Origin: an uncultured bacterium
GTDB lineage: Bacteria > Patescibacteriota > Patescibacteriia > Patescibacteriales > UBA12465
Assembly: GCA_942492765.1 (NCBI GenBank)
Contig: OW818634.1
Location: forward strand, 6,627-70,626
Length of the DNA: 64,000 nucleotides
Direction: 5' to 3'
Under the pieces are notes generated by a model. That model was given only the letters and a program-made list of their open reading frames with translations, did no database searches and was not told the origin of the DNA. Of the stretch, positions 47,753-55,794 are shown one piece after another (positions within the stretch are counted from its first letter, which is position 1; each line of letters begins with the position of its first letter). The position numbers and the translations under genes were made by a program.

Positions 47753-48982
47753 ATGAAGTCAAAACGAAAAGATAAATCATATAAATTCGTCTGGCCTAAG
47801 ATAAATAAGAAGATAGAGCAAGCGGTCTTAAAGCAATTAAGGACGTCTATCTCGATATATGACGGCGGCGGGATATTGCGAGAATTTGAAAAGAAATTCG
47901 CGGTTTATCATGGTCAAGAATTTGCTGTGCTTTGCAATTCTGGGACGACAGCAATCCATTCCATGTTCGTCGCTGCCGACCTGAAAGTTGGTGACGAAGT
48001 TATCTGTCCGGCTTATACGTTTTTCGCGACCGTGACTCCGCTCCTGTTCACTGGGGCAAAGCCGATTCTTTGCGATTGCGACGAAAATGGGAATATCGAC
48101 CCGAAGGAAATCGCTAAGAAGATTACCAGAAGAACCAAAGCGGTGGTTGTGACGCATATGTGGGGAATACCCGCCGAGATGGATAAGATAGTCTCTATCT
48201 GCCGTAAGAATAAATTGTTATTGCTGGAGGATTGTTCGCATGCTCATGGCGCAACTTATAAGAACAAAATAGTCGGCTCCTTCGGTAATATTTCTGCTTG
48301 GAGCTTGCAGGGAGCCAAGATCATAACCGGAGGCGAAGGCGGAATCATGACGACGAATAATAGAGCTTTTTTTGAGAGGGCCCTGCTGCTCGGGCATTAT
48401 AATAAGAGATGCCGCCAAGAGATGGATGCTAAGGGCGATCTATACCAATATACTCATTCCGGCATGGGGTTGAAATACAGAGCCCATCCTCTAGCTATCG
48501 TCATTGCTGATAAGCTATTTGATGACTTGAAAATAACTTCGAGGTTCCGAAGCAAATACGCCGCCTCATTAATCAGAGACTTGAGGAAAATCGGTTCTAT
48601 CGGCTTGCCGCCAGCTTATTTTGATAAGAATTTGAAGCCTTCCTGGTATTCTTTCATTTTCTTTTTGAAAAATGGTTCAGCCGTCGCCCCGTATCTTAGA
48701 GATATTTTAGATAGATTCAAGAGTGCCGGCTTGGTTGATATTGATAAACCAGATTCAACGATTCCCCTGAACTTATTGCCTCTTTTTCAGAATCCGGCTA
48801 AGCTGTTCCCATCTTATGGGAGTCGAGTTTCTCACTTTGCTTACCGTCCAGGAGACTTTCCTAAAGCCGAAAGTTTTTATCGATCTGTCCTGAAGATGCC
48901 GGTCGGAGTTGACCAGTCGGACGAGCGGCTCGTGAATATTTATAAAAAGGGAATCAAGGATATCCTGTCTCCTCTCGGATGA
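47753..48982 (+). CDS. DegT/DnrJ/EryC1/StrS-family PLP-dependent aminotransferase (sugar aminotransferase/dehydratase type)
   Basis: Fold-type I AT motifs typical of the DegT family: FAVLCNSGTTA, ICPAYTFFATV, and the PLP-lysine context SLQGAKIITGGEGG. Confidence 0.75.
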   Translation: MKSKRKDKSYKFVWPKINKKIEQAVLKQLRTSISIYDGGGILREFEKKFAVYHGQEFAVLCNSGTTAIHSMFVAADLKVGDEVICPAYTFFATVTPLLFTGAKPILCDCDENGNIDPKEIAKKITRRTKAVVVTHMWGIPAEMDKIVSICRKNKLLLLEDCSHAHGATYKNKIVGSFGNISAWSLQGAKIITGGEGGIMTTNNRAFFERALLLGHYNKRCRQEMDAKGDLYQYTHSGMGLKYRAHPLAIVIADKLFDDLKITSRFRSKYAASLIRDLRKIGSIGLPPAYFDKNLKPSWYSFIFFLKNGSAVAPYLRDILDRFKSAGLVDIDKPDSTIPLNLLPLFQNPAKLFPSYGSRVSHFAYRPGDFPKAESFYRSVLKMPVGVDQSDERLVNIYKKGIKDILSPLG

Positions 48983-49003
48983 TGAATTTTATCAGCGCTA
49001 ATG

Positions 49004-49032
49004 AAAAAGGACCATTGTTTAATGGTCCTTTA
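49004..49032. terminator. Bidirectional terminator hairpin (aggaccatt-gttt-aatggtcct) between the convergent DegT and GreA-like genes
   Basis: A perfect 9-bp inverted repeat flanked by A-runs and T-runs. Confidence 0.65.
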
Positions 49033-49636
49033 ATTTTATAATTTTGTTCTTTCCTCCGATAATTTTTTGCGCCAAAGGAGACGCATAGGATAATTCATTG
49101 TCGGAAAAAGTAATGAAGCTGCCTATCTTCTTTTTGATAGTGCCGCCGTCTTCTGTCTCGATCCATACTTCGCTGCCGATCCCGACATGTTCCTGGAGAC
49201 CATCGCTCTTTATTATTTTGGCATTTTCTTGAAAGCGTTCGAGCTCTCTGAGATAGTCTACCCACATTTTTTTCTGGCGCGTCCCTTCTTCGTAGTCGAA
49301 GTTATCGTGAAAAGTCTCTGACTCCGAACAGCTTTCCCCGATCTCTTCACCCAATCTCCTAATCTCTTCCCGAATCTTATTTATCTTTCCTAGTAATAGG
49401 AGATAATCAGGTTCAGTAAAGAAATATCTTATTTTAGCGGCTCGATGAGCATTTTTATGTCTTTTTGTCTGAAAAGGAATCGGCTGTTTTTCGGGGACTG
49501 GCTTAGTAGCTGACATGGAAGAAGGAGTGGTCGGAAGCTTACGAATGGTTTTCCTGTCCAAGAGATCGATTATCTCTTTTTCCGGAATGCTGAATTTCGT
49601 GCTGATCTTTTTGATAGCTATTTCTTTTTCCATTGC
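49019..49636 (-). CDS. GreA/GreB-like transcription elongation factor homolog with a unique N-terminal extension. The start is reassigned to the internal Met (MEKEIAIKK); the ORF-track start at 49726 would overlap the upstream paralog.
   Basis: The C-terminal 140 aa parallel GreA: NFDYEEGTRQK resembles NAEYHAAREQQ, and LSYASPLAQKIIGGK resembles ISVNSPIARGLIGK. The proposed N-terminus MEKEIAIKKISTKFSIPEKEIIDLL aligns with the neighbour's MELKESEIDKISKKFKVPKKDILDFL. Confidence 0.6.
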   Translation of the reverse strand, partial: AMEKEIAIKKISTKFSIPEKEIIDLLDRKTIRKLPTTPSSMSATKPVPEKQPIPFQTKRHKNAHRAAKIRYFFTEPDYLLLLGKINKIREEIRRLGEEIGESCSESETFHDNFDYEEGTRQKKMWVDYLRELERFQENAKIIKSDGLQEHVGIGSEVWIETEDGGTIKKKIGSFITFSDNELSYASPLAQKIIGGKNKIIKLKDH

Positions 49637-49637
49637 T

Positions 49638-50108
49638 TCAATTATTATATTTTTTGATAATCTTCTTGATGCCGGCTTTATGCTCGTCGCTGTCTTTAGT
49701 GGCATGAGATATGGCTTCGCGGACATCTTCCAGGGAATCAGCCCCCTCTATCCAGATTTTGATGAATCTTTTTTTTAGGTCTTCATCTCCGACGAGGCAT
49801 AAATAGACATCTCTCTTTTCCTTATAGCCTCGGCATAACCGTAACCAATTTTCGAAGAATTCTGCCGGGATATTTTCAGGTTCTAGGATGACGTAGATTT
49901 CTTCGTAGTCATGAAAGCTTTTGCAGCTCTTTAGCCAATTCTTAAGGATTTCGGCTCTGCCGATAGCGCTATCATTCTCAAGGAATGATCTTTTTAGGGA
50001 AAGAAAGCGTTCGATTCGCTCTTCCTCAATCAGAAAATCTAAGATATCTTTTTTAGGCACCTTGAATTTCTTGCTGATCTTGTCTATTTCAGATTCTTTT
50101 AGTTCCAT
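49638..50108 (-). CDS. Hypothetical protein (156 aa) sharing the N-terminal ~30-aa motif with the downstream GreA-like gene
   Basis: See the N-terminal alignment above. The rest has no recognisable motif. Confidence 0.45.
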   Translation of the reverse strand: MELKESEIDKISKKFKVPKKDILDFLIEEERIERFLSLKRSFLENDSAIGRAEILKNWLKSCKSFHDYEEIYVILEPENIPAEFFENWLRLCRGYKEKRDVYLCLVGDEDLKKRFIKIWIEGADSLEDVREAISHATKDSDEHKAGIKKIIKKYNN

Positions 50109-50185
50109 CTTTTCCGATTTATAATGTTAATGTCCGATTTTCTAATAATATTAATACGTTTTTTGATAAATGTCAACTTCATTAA

Positions 50186-50215
50186 TTGGACATAAGTCAA
50201 ATACTGTGGTATAGT
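50186..50215 (+). promoter_or_regulatory. Promoter for iscS (ttggac, 18 nt spacer, TGg-tatagt extended -10)
   Basis: Read from the sequence in the 150-bp divergent intergenic region. Confidence 0.45.
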
Positions 50216-50258
50216 AAAAACTCATAAAAAATCTATAAAACTAAGATAAATCATTCAT

Positions 50259-51413
50259 ATGCAAGTATATCTAGATAACGCCGCCACGACGCGGCTAGAT
50301 GAGCGGGTTCTGGCCAAAATGAAGCCCTATTTGACGACTAAATACGCCAACCCCTCGTCTATCCATCTTCCGGGGCAAGAGGCCTTCCTAGACCTGTCTA
50401 AGGCGCGCCAGACAGTCGCCAAGATTATCGGCGGGGAAGCAGAGAGCGTCATATTTACTGCTAGCGCTACCGAAGCTAATAATTTCATCATCAAGGGCGT
50501 AGCTCGAGCTAATCGGACCGAAAAGAAGAATAAGATTATTGTTTCTGCCATCGAGCATCCTTGCGTGCGCGAGTCGGCTTTGGAATTAGAAAGGGAAGGC
50601 TTTAAAGTTGAATTCATTCCGGCCGATCACGAGGGCATCATCGCTCTGGCGGCTTTGGAGAAATTAATTGATGATTCTACGATTCTGGTTTCGGTCATGG
50701 CAGTCAATAACGAGATCGGAACTATCCAGGATATCGCGGCGCTAGCTAAGATCGCTCATAAGCATGGCGCTTATTTCCATAGCGACGCGGTTCAGGCCGT
50801 CCCGTATCTGAAGCTCGACGTCAAGAAGATGGGCCTTGATTTCCTAACCTTATCCGCGCATAAGTTCTACGGGCCTAAGGGCGTCGGCTTGGCTTATATC
50901 AATCGCAAGATTAAGATTCGTCCGCTCATCGTCGGCGGCGGCCAAGAGGATGGTTATCGCTCCGGTACTTATAATCTTCCTGGTATCATCGGTCTCACGG
51001 CCGCTTTGGAATTAGCTTATAAGGAAAGAACGGCTTATCTGAAGAAGGTGACGGCGCTGCGCGATTATTTCTGGAAGAGCATCAAGAGAGAGATTCCGGA
51101 AGTGAAGTTGAACGGCAGCCTAACCAAGCGCGTTCCGGCCAATCTCAATATCATGTTCGGCTATATCGAAGGGGAGGCTATCCTGATCGACCTGTCTTTC
51201 AAGGGCATCCATGTTTCGACCGGTTCGGCTTGCTCGGCGACTAACCTGAAATCCTCTCATATCTTGCGCGCTATCGGCTTAGAAAAGAATTTCTTGAACA
51301 GCAATATCCGTTTTTCTTTCGGACGCTATAATACGAAGGCGGAAATAGACTACACGATCAAGCGCCTGAAAGAGACAGTTAAGAGGTTGCGAAGTTTTTC
51401 CCCGGTTGTCTAG
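50259..51413 (+). CDS. iscS: Cysteine desulfurase (IscS/NifS class V aminotransferase)
   Basis: The PLP-lysine region LSAHKFYGPKGVG and a catalytic Cys loop SGSACS are present. Confidence 0.85.
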   Translation: MQVYLDNAATTRLDERVLAKMKPYLTTKYANPSSIHLPGQEAFLDLSKARQTVAKIIGGEAESVIFTASATEANNFIIKGVARANRTEKKNKIIVSAIEHPCVRESALELEREGFKVEFIPADHEGIIALAALEKLIDDSTILVSVMAVNNEIGTIQDIAALAKIAHKHGAYFHSDAVQAVPYLKLDVKKMGLDFLTLSAHKFYGPKGVGLAYINRKIKIRPLIVGGGQEDGYRSGTYNLPGIIGLTAALELAYKERTAYLKKVTALRDYFWKSIKREIPEVKLNGSLTKRVPANLNIMFGYIEGEAILIDLSFKGIHVSTGSACSATNLKSSHILRAIGLEKNFLNSNIRFSFGRYNTKAEIDYTIKRLKETVKRLRSFSPVV

Positions 51414-51453
51414 CCCACTCAAAATATTTGTGGATTTTGTTTTATCTCATAAA

Positions 51454-51480
51454 AATAGGCCGAATAAGCCTATTTTTGTT
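51454..51480 (+). terminator. Terminator hairpin (ataggc-cgaataa-gcctat followed by a T-run) after iscS
   Basis: A 6-bp stem followed by tttttgtttg. Confidence 0.55.
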
Positions 51481-51482
51481 TG

Positions 51483-51511
51483 TTGACAAATAGCTATAAA
51501 TATGCTAATAT
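51483..51511 (+). promoter_or_regulatory. Near-consensus sigma-70 promoter (ttgaca, 17 nt spacer, taatat) with a ~140 nt leader before the ATG at 51657
   Basis: Hexamers read from the sequence. Confidence 0.5.
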
Positions 51512-51656
51512 ATCATCATTCCTAAAGCTTGGAATTATGGGGTAAGACAATATCCTGAATGGCCAGTAGCAAGGCGCAAGCCAATCCGTTTTCTAGCAAC
51601 GACCCGCTAGAATAGTCCCCAGTGGTGCCGGGACGATAAGCAAGCACTTTAAAAAT

Positions 51657-52430
51657 ATGTTACTAATTATTTTGATGTCTCCCTATATCATAGGGATATC
51701 AGCTATTCTATCTTTCGGAATAGTCTTTGGGCTTTTAGCTATTTTTGGGCCTAAAAAAAAGAAGGCTATCAAAGAGGTTCTGGAAAAAGAAGAAACTTCC
51801 CCCGTCGACCCTGGAGATTATAAGGTCGATGAATTCGAGAAGAATGTTTTTATCAGCGAGAGGCATAGCGGCCTGAGGATCAGGATTATGTCGGTTTATT
51901 CCGGCAGGAAAAGAAATCCTGACCAGCTGATATTCTCCATGTCTTGGCCGCATAGCTTTAATGCTGCCAAAGCTCACGCTATGTACGCTCTTATGCCGGG
52001 ATTAGCTGAGATTGATTTTAACGATCGCCATAGCCTGACGATCACGAAATCTCCGGCCGCTAAATTCAGCGACCTGGAAGATCCTATCCTGAGAGCCTTG
52101 TTCTCTCATCTCCATCGCGAGCATGGCCTGAGATTAGAAAAGCAGTCTATAATTTTAGTCCGAGAACCGGATCCTAATGTTATGTTTCTTAATTTCAAGG
52201 TTGAAACCGATAAGCTGATCCTGCTCGGAAAGATGCTAGTGCTCCTTGAGGGCATAGTCAAGCCGGAAAATGGCATTCCTGAAGGGATGGATATGCCGGG
52301 AAAATACGCCTTTTCTATCCAGAAGGCCGAGGCTTTCGAGTGGGCAGAATTGATGCCTAAGATAAAACGGACTCTCACGAGCTTTTTCCCCGAAGGCATA
52401 GAAATCGTTCCTATGGAAATAGAATTCTAA
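51657..52430 (+). CDS. Hypothetical protein with an N-terminal TM helix (257 aa), inserted between iscS and iscU
   Basis: An ORF with a hydrophobic N-terminus and no recognisable motifs. Confidence 0.4.
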   Translation: MLLIILMSPYIIGISAILSFGIVFGLLAIFGPKKKKAIKEVLEKEETSPVDPGDYKVDEFEKNVFISERHSGLRIRIMSVYSGRKRNPDQLIFSMSWPHSFNAAKAHAMYALMPGLAEIDFNDRHSLTITKSPAAKFSDLEDPILRALFSHLHREHGLRLEKQSIILVREPDPNVMFLNFKVETDKLILLGKMLVLLEGIVKPENGIPEGMDMPGKYAFSIQKAEAFEWAELMPKIKRTLTSFFPEGIEIVPMEIEF

Positions 52431-52491
52431 GAAAAATAACTTTGTTCCTCTAAATGAAGCCCCGGTCGTCAGACTAGGGCTTTTTCATTGG

Positions 52492-52520
52492 TTGACATTT
52501 GTCTAAAGTTGATATAAAAT
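52492..52520 (+). promoter_or_regulatory. Promoter for the iscU-like gene (ttgaca, 17 nt spacer, taaaat)
   Basis: Read from the sequence. It is preceded by a weak terminator hairpin at about 52457-52486. Confidence 0.45.
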
Positions 52521-52549
52521 ATTACTTATGTCAAATTAATTAAAAATAT

Positions 52550-53020
52550 ATGGCTCTTAATTATACCAAGAAAACTATTAATCACTTTTTGAAGCCGCAG
52601 AATATCGGCAAGATCGCTAAGCCGGACGGCTATGCGCAGATCGGCAATATGGTCTGCGGCGACCAGCTTGATTTCTTCTTGAAAGTCGAGAAGGGAAAGA
52701 TCAAGGACGTGAAGTTCTTGTCTTTCGGCTGCGCTTCCAATATCGCGACAGCCTCGCTTTTGACTGAAAAAGTCAAAGGCCTGACCGTCGACCAGGCTAA
52801 GAAATATAATTGGAAACAGGTTGTCGAAGAGTTGGGCGGTTTGCCTAACCAGAAGATCCATTGCTCGGTCATGGCTGTCCAAGGCTTACAGAAAGCCATT
52901 GCCGATTATGAGAAGAGAAGCGAGGGCATAGCGAAAAAACCCACGGCGAAAAAGAAGCTCGTGATCGTCAAGAAACCCGTGGCTAAGAAGCCGGCTCCTA
53001 AGAAGAAAACAAAAAAATAA
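52550..53020 (+). CDS. iscU: IscU/NifU-like Fe-S cluster scaffold with a lysine-rich C-terminal tail
   Basis: Three conserved Cys contexts are present (NMVCGDQ, FGCASN, HCS), with a C-terminus of KKPTAKKKLVIVKKPVAKKPAPKKKTKK. Confidence 0.75.
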   Translation: MALNYTKKTINHFLKPQNIGKIAKPDGYAQIGNMVCGDQLDFFLKVEKGKIKDVKFLSFGCASNIATASLLTEKVKGLTVDQAKKYNWKQVVEELGGLPNQKIHCSVMAVQGLQKAIADYEKRSEGIAKKPTAKKKLVIVKKPVAKKPAPKKKTKK

Positions 53021-53048
53021 TCCTCGGACAAATACTCGGATATACAAA

Positions 53049-53080
53049 AAACGCCTCCCTTGCGGGAGGCATTTTTTTAT
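53049..53080. terminator. Bidirectional rho-independent terminator (cgcctccc-ttgc-gggaggc followed by a T-run)
   Basis: A perfect GC-rich stem between convergent genes. Confidence 0.75.
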
Positions 53081-53103
53081 TTGATCAGTTCATCTAAAAT
53101 TCA

Positions 53104-53361
53104 TTAGAATCTCTTCTCGAGAGGACGAGCCTCGTTGACAACAACCTTGCGGCCGTCTAATTCCTGATTGTTGTACATGGTGATAGCATTTTCAGCTTCA
53201 TCATCATTCTCCATCTCTACGAAGCCGAAGCCCTTAGAACGATGGGTCATTCTGTCCATGATAACTACCGCGGAGATAACCTTGCCAGCTTTAGCGAAAG
53301 CCTCAGCTAAGCTCTGATCAGTGGTCTTGAAATTCAAGCCGCCGACAAATAATTTTTTCAT
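53104..53361 (-). CDS. RRM-type RNA-binding protein
   Basis: RNP-1 octamer KGFGFVEM and RNP-2 LFVGGL are present. Confidence 0.85.
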   Translation of the reverse strand: MKKLFVGGLNFKTTDQSLAEAFAKAGKVISAVVIMDRMTHRSKGFGFVEMENDDEAENAITMYNNQELDGRKVVVNEARPLEKRF

Positions 53362-53513
53362 CTTGTTTGCTTTTTTACTTAATTTATTAACGTAAGACGA
53401 CCTTTTAGTAAAGAAAAAGCGGGATTTTGGTCCGCTTTTCTTTAAAAATTGCTTACCTGTGAATAGTATAGCCTATTTTGAGGAGGTAGTCAATAGGGAA
53501 AATTGTGCAGTAA

Positions 53514-54272
53514 TTAGGAGATATTCACCTTAACACCCTGGCTCATGGACGAAGAAATGCTGATATTCTTGATGAAGCTGCCCTTAGAAGAGGCTGGTTT
53601 GGCCTTCTTAACGACATCGAGCAGAGTCTGGTAATTATCGACTAATTTTTTAGTGTCGAAGCTGACTTTGCCGATGACGGTGTGGACATTGGCAGTATCG
53701 TCATTCTTGAAGCTGATTTTTCCTTTCTTCAATTCTTCGACGGTCTTAGCTGGGTTGGTCGTGACCGTGTCGTTCTTCGGGGAAGGCATCAGGCCTCTAG
53801 TTCCTAATATCTTGGCGATGACGGCTAGATTTTTCATCAAAGCCGGTTCAGCGATAGCGACCTGGAAATCAGTCTTTTCAGTCTTCTTGATTTCGTTGAT
53901 CAACTCTTCGCCACCGACGAAATCAGCGCCCGCCGCTTTGACGGCCTTCTCGTTCTCCGGAGAGACGAAGGCTGCGACTTTGACGGTCTTGCCAGTGCCG
54001 TGAGGCAGGCTGACAGCGCCGCGAACTTGCTGGTCGCCTTTCTTGGTATTGATACCGAGGCGGAAATGAACTTCGACGGAAGCGTCGAATTTAGTCTTGC
54101 TGATCTTCTTAACGATCTCAAGAGCTTCTTCCGGAGAATAAGCCTTCAAGCGGTCGTAGACAGCGGAGTGATCCGCTTTCTTGACAGCCTTAACTTTCTT
54201 CACGGTCTCTTTCTTGCCTTTGGCGGCTTTCGGAGCCGCTTCTTTCTTTTCTGCTTTTTCAGTCTTTGCCAT
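53514..54272 (-). CDS. rplA: 50S ribosomal protein L1 with a lysine-rich N-terminal extension
   Basis: L1 core motifs are present (GTGKTVKVAAF..., LMPSPKNDTVT), and the gene sits in the rplK-rplA position. Confidence 0.85.
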   Translation of the reverse strand: MAKTEKAEKKEAAPKAAKGKKETVKKVKAVKKADHSAVYDRLKAYSPEEALEIVKKISKTKFDASVEVHFRLGINTKKGDQQVRGAVSLPHGTGKTVKVAAFVSPENEKAVKAAGADFVGGEELINEIKKTEKTDFQVAIAEPALMKNLAVIAKILGTRGLMPSPKNDTVTTNPAKTVEELKKGKISFKNDDTANVHTVIGKVSFDTKKLVDNYQTLLDVVKKAKPASSKGSFIKNISISSSMSQGVKVNIS

Positions 54273-54328
54273 AGTTTTATTTCGTGGTCAGACGCTTGGG
54301 TGAGCCAAGCTCCCACAATTATAATTAA

Positions 54329-54751
54329 TTATTTAATTTCTACTCCCATCTGGCGGGCAGTGCCAGCGATGATATTCTTAGCCGCCTCTAAGTCATTAGC
54401 ATTCAGGTCAGGCATCTTCATCTTAGCGATCTCTTCGAGCTGGGCCGGGCTGATCTTGCCGACTTTTTCAGTCAGCGGTTTGCCAGAACCTTTCTTGATG
54501 CCGGCAGCCTTCTTGATGAGCTCAGAAGCCGGAGGGGTCTTCAGGATGAAATCATAGCTGCGATCCTCATAGACGGTAATCTCTACCGGGATGATATCGC
54601 CAGCCTTGTCCTTAGTCTTATCGTTGAATTCTTTACAGAATTGGGCGATATTCAAGCCGTGCTGGCCTAAGGCCGGACCGACTGGAGGGGCTGGGTTAGC
54701 GCCTGCTCCCGGAATCTGTAATTTGATCTTGGTTTTTATTTTCTTAGCCAT
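54329..54751 (-). CDS. rplK: 50S ribosomal protein L11
   Basis: The L11 N-terminus is [24 protein letters not shown]. Confidence 0.9.
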   Translation of the reverse strand: MAKKIKTKIKLQIPGAGANPAPPVGPALGQHGLNIAQFCKEFNDKTKDKAGDIIPVEITVYEDRSYDFILKTPPASELIKKAAGIKKGSGKPLTEKVGKISPAQLEEIAKMKMPDLNANDLEAAKNIIAGTARQMGVEIK

Positions 54752-54813
54752 ATTATTATTTTAGTTGGAGCGTTAGAAGCCCGCTCATTATGTTAATCCT
54801 GAATAGTCAGGAA

Positions 54814-55359
54814 TTATACCTTCTTGATCTGTAAGAAATCGAGTTCGACCGGCGTTTCGCGTCCGAACATCGAGACGGAAACTTTGACTTTGCCCTTAGC
54901 TTCGTCAATCGCGGTGATCTTGCCTTCCATGTTCTTGAACGGCCCCTCGTTGATCCTGACCGGAGTGCCGACGGCGACATCGATCTGGAACTTAGGTTCT
55001 TCGACGCCCATTCTTTTCTGCAGCGCCTTGACCTCGGTATCGCTGATCGGGGTCGGGATGGTGCCCGTGCCGATAAAGCCGGTGACGTTCGGGGTGTTTC
55101 TGACGATATACCAGGATTCATCCGTCACTTCCATCTCTACGAGGATGTAGCCGGGGAAGATCTTTTCTTCCGTGACTTTGCGCTTGCCGTTCTTGATCTT
55201 GATCTTCTTCTCGGTCGGGATGAGGATATTGAAAATCTTATCTTCCATATCCAGAGATTCGACTCTCTGCTTCAAGTTTTGGGCGACGTTTTCTTCGTAG
55301 CCGGAATAGGTATGGATGACATACCAGCGGCGGCCTTGATTTAAAAGTTGCTTGGCCAT
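54814..55359 (-). CDS. nusG: Transcription termination/antitermination factor NusG
   Basis: The NGN domain begins WYVIHTYSGYEENV, there is a KOW motif near the C-terminus, and the gene is in the secE-nusG order. Confidence 0.85.
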   Translation of the reverse strand: MAKQLLNQGRRWYVIHTYSGYEENVAQNLKQRVESLDMEDKIFNILIPTEKKIKIKNGKRKVTEEKIFPGYILVEMEVTDESWYIVRNTPNVTGFIGTGTIPTPISDTEVKALQKRMGVEEPKFQIDVAVGTPVRINEGPFKNMEGKITAIDEAKGKVKVSVSMFGRETPVELDFLQIKKV

Positions 55360-55392
55360 AAATTTAAGAACAATGTTTTATAAAAATTTGTT

Positions 55393-55578
55393 TTATCTAT
55401 TGATCAGCGCCTGGAAGCCTTGCGCAAAGATATAATCCAGGACTCCTAAGAATATCGCGACGCCTAAGCTGATAGCGATGACTAGCAGGGTATAATTATA
55501 AGTTTCTTTTTTTGTCGGCCAAGTCACTTTTTTCAGCTCGGCGACAGACTCCTTGAAATAGGAAGTTATTTTGCTCAT
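55393..55578 (-). CDS. secE: Preprotein translocase subunit SecE
   Basis: A 61-aa protein with the conserved KEVxKVxWP-like motif (ELKKVTWPTKKE) and one TM helix. Confidence 0.75.
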   Translation of the reverse strand: MSKITSYFKESVAELKKVTWPTKKETYNYTLLVIAISLGVAIFLGVLDYIFAQGFQALINR

Positions 55579-55794
55579 AAGATTAGATTATCTCTATTTA
55601 AAAAAAGGCCCAGAAAGGCTACTTTTATCTACTGAAATGATACAAAATCTGCGAGCTCATGTCAAGGGGTCGGACTAGGCATTTGCAGATAGCCGATATA
55701 GGGGCGATAAAGCCCTCTATCAGGGTCTTTTTATTGCTTTTTATGGACAAACAAGATACAATAATAGCAAGCACTATTAATTCTTAATTTTTTT

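Noticed and set aside
49637-49726. An 89-nt overlap between the two minus-strand paralogs if the longest ORF (49019..49726) is used
   Set aside because: The internal Met at 49636 yields an N-terminus homologous to the neighbour's N-terminus and removes the overlap. The longer ORF is probably a start-codon over-extension.
55579-55794. Possible tRNA (for example tRNA-Trp) upstream of secE, as in many bacteria
   Set aside because: I could not find an acceptor stem, a T-loop (GTTCxAxTCC-like) or an anticodon-arm arrangement on either strand. It is left as an unresolved intergenic region.
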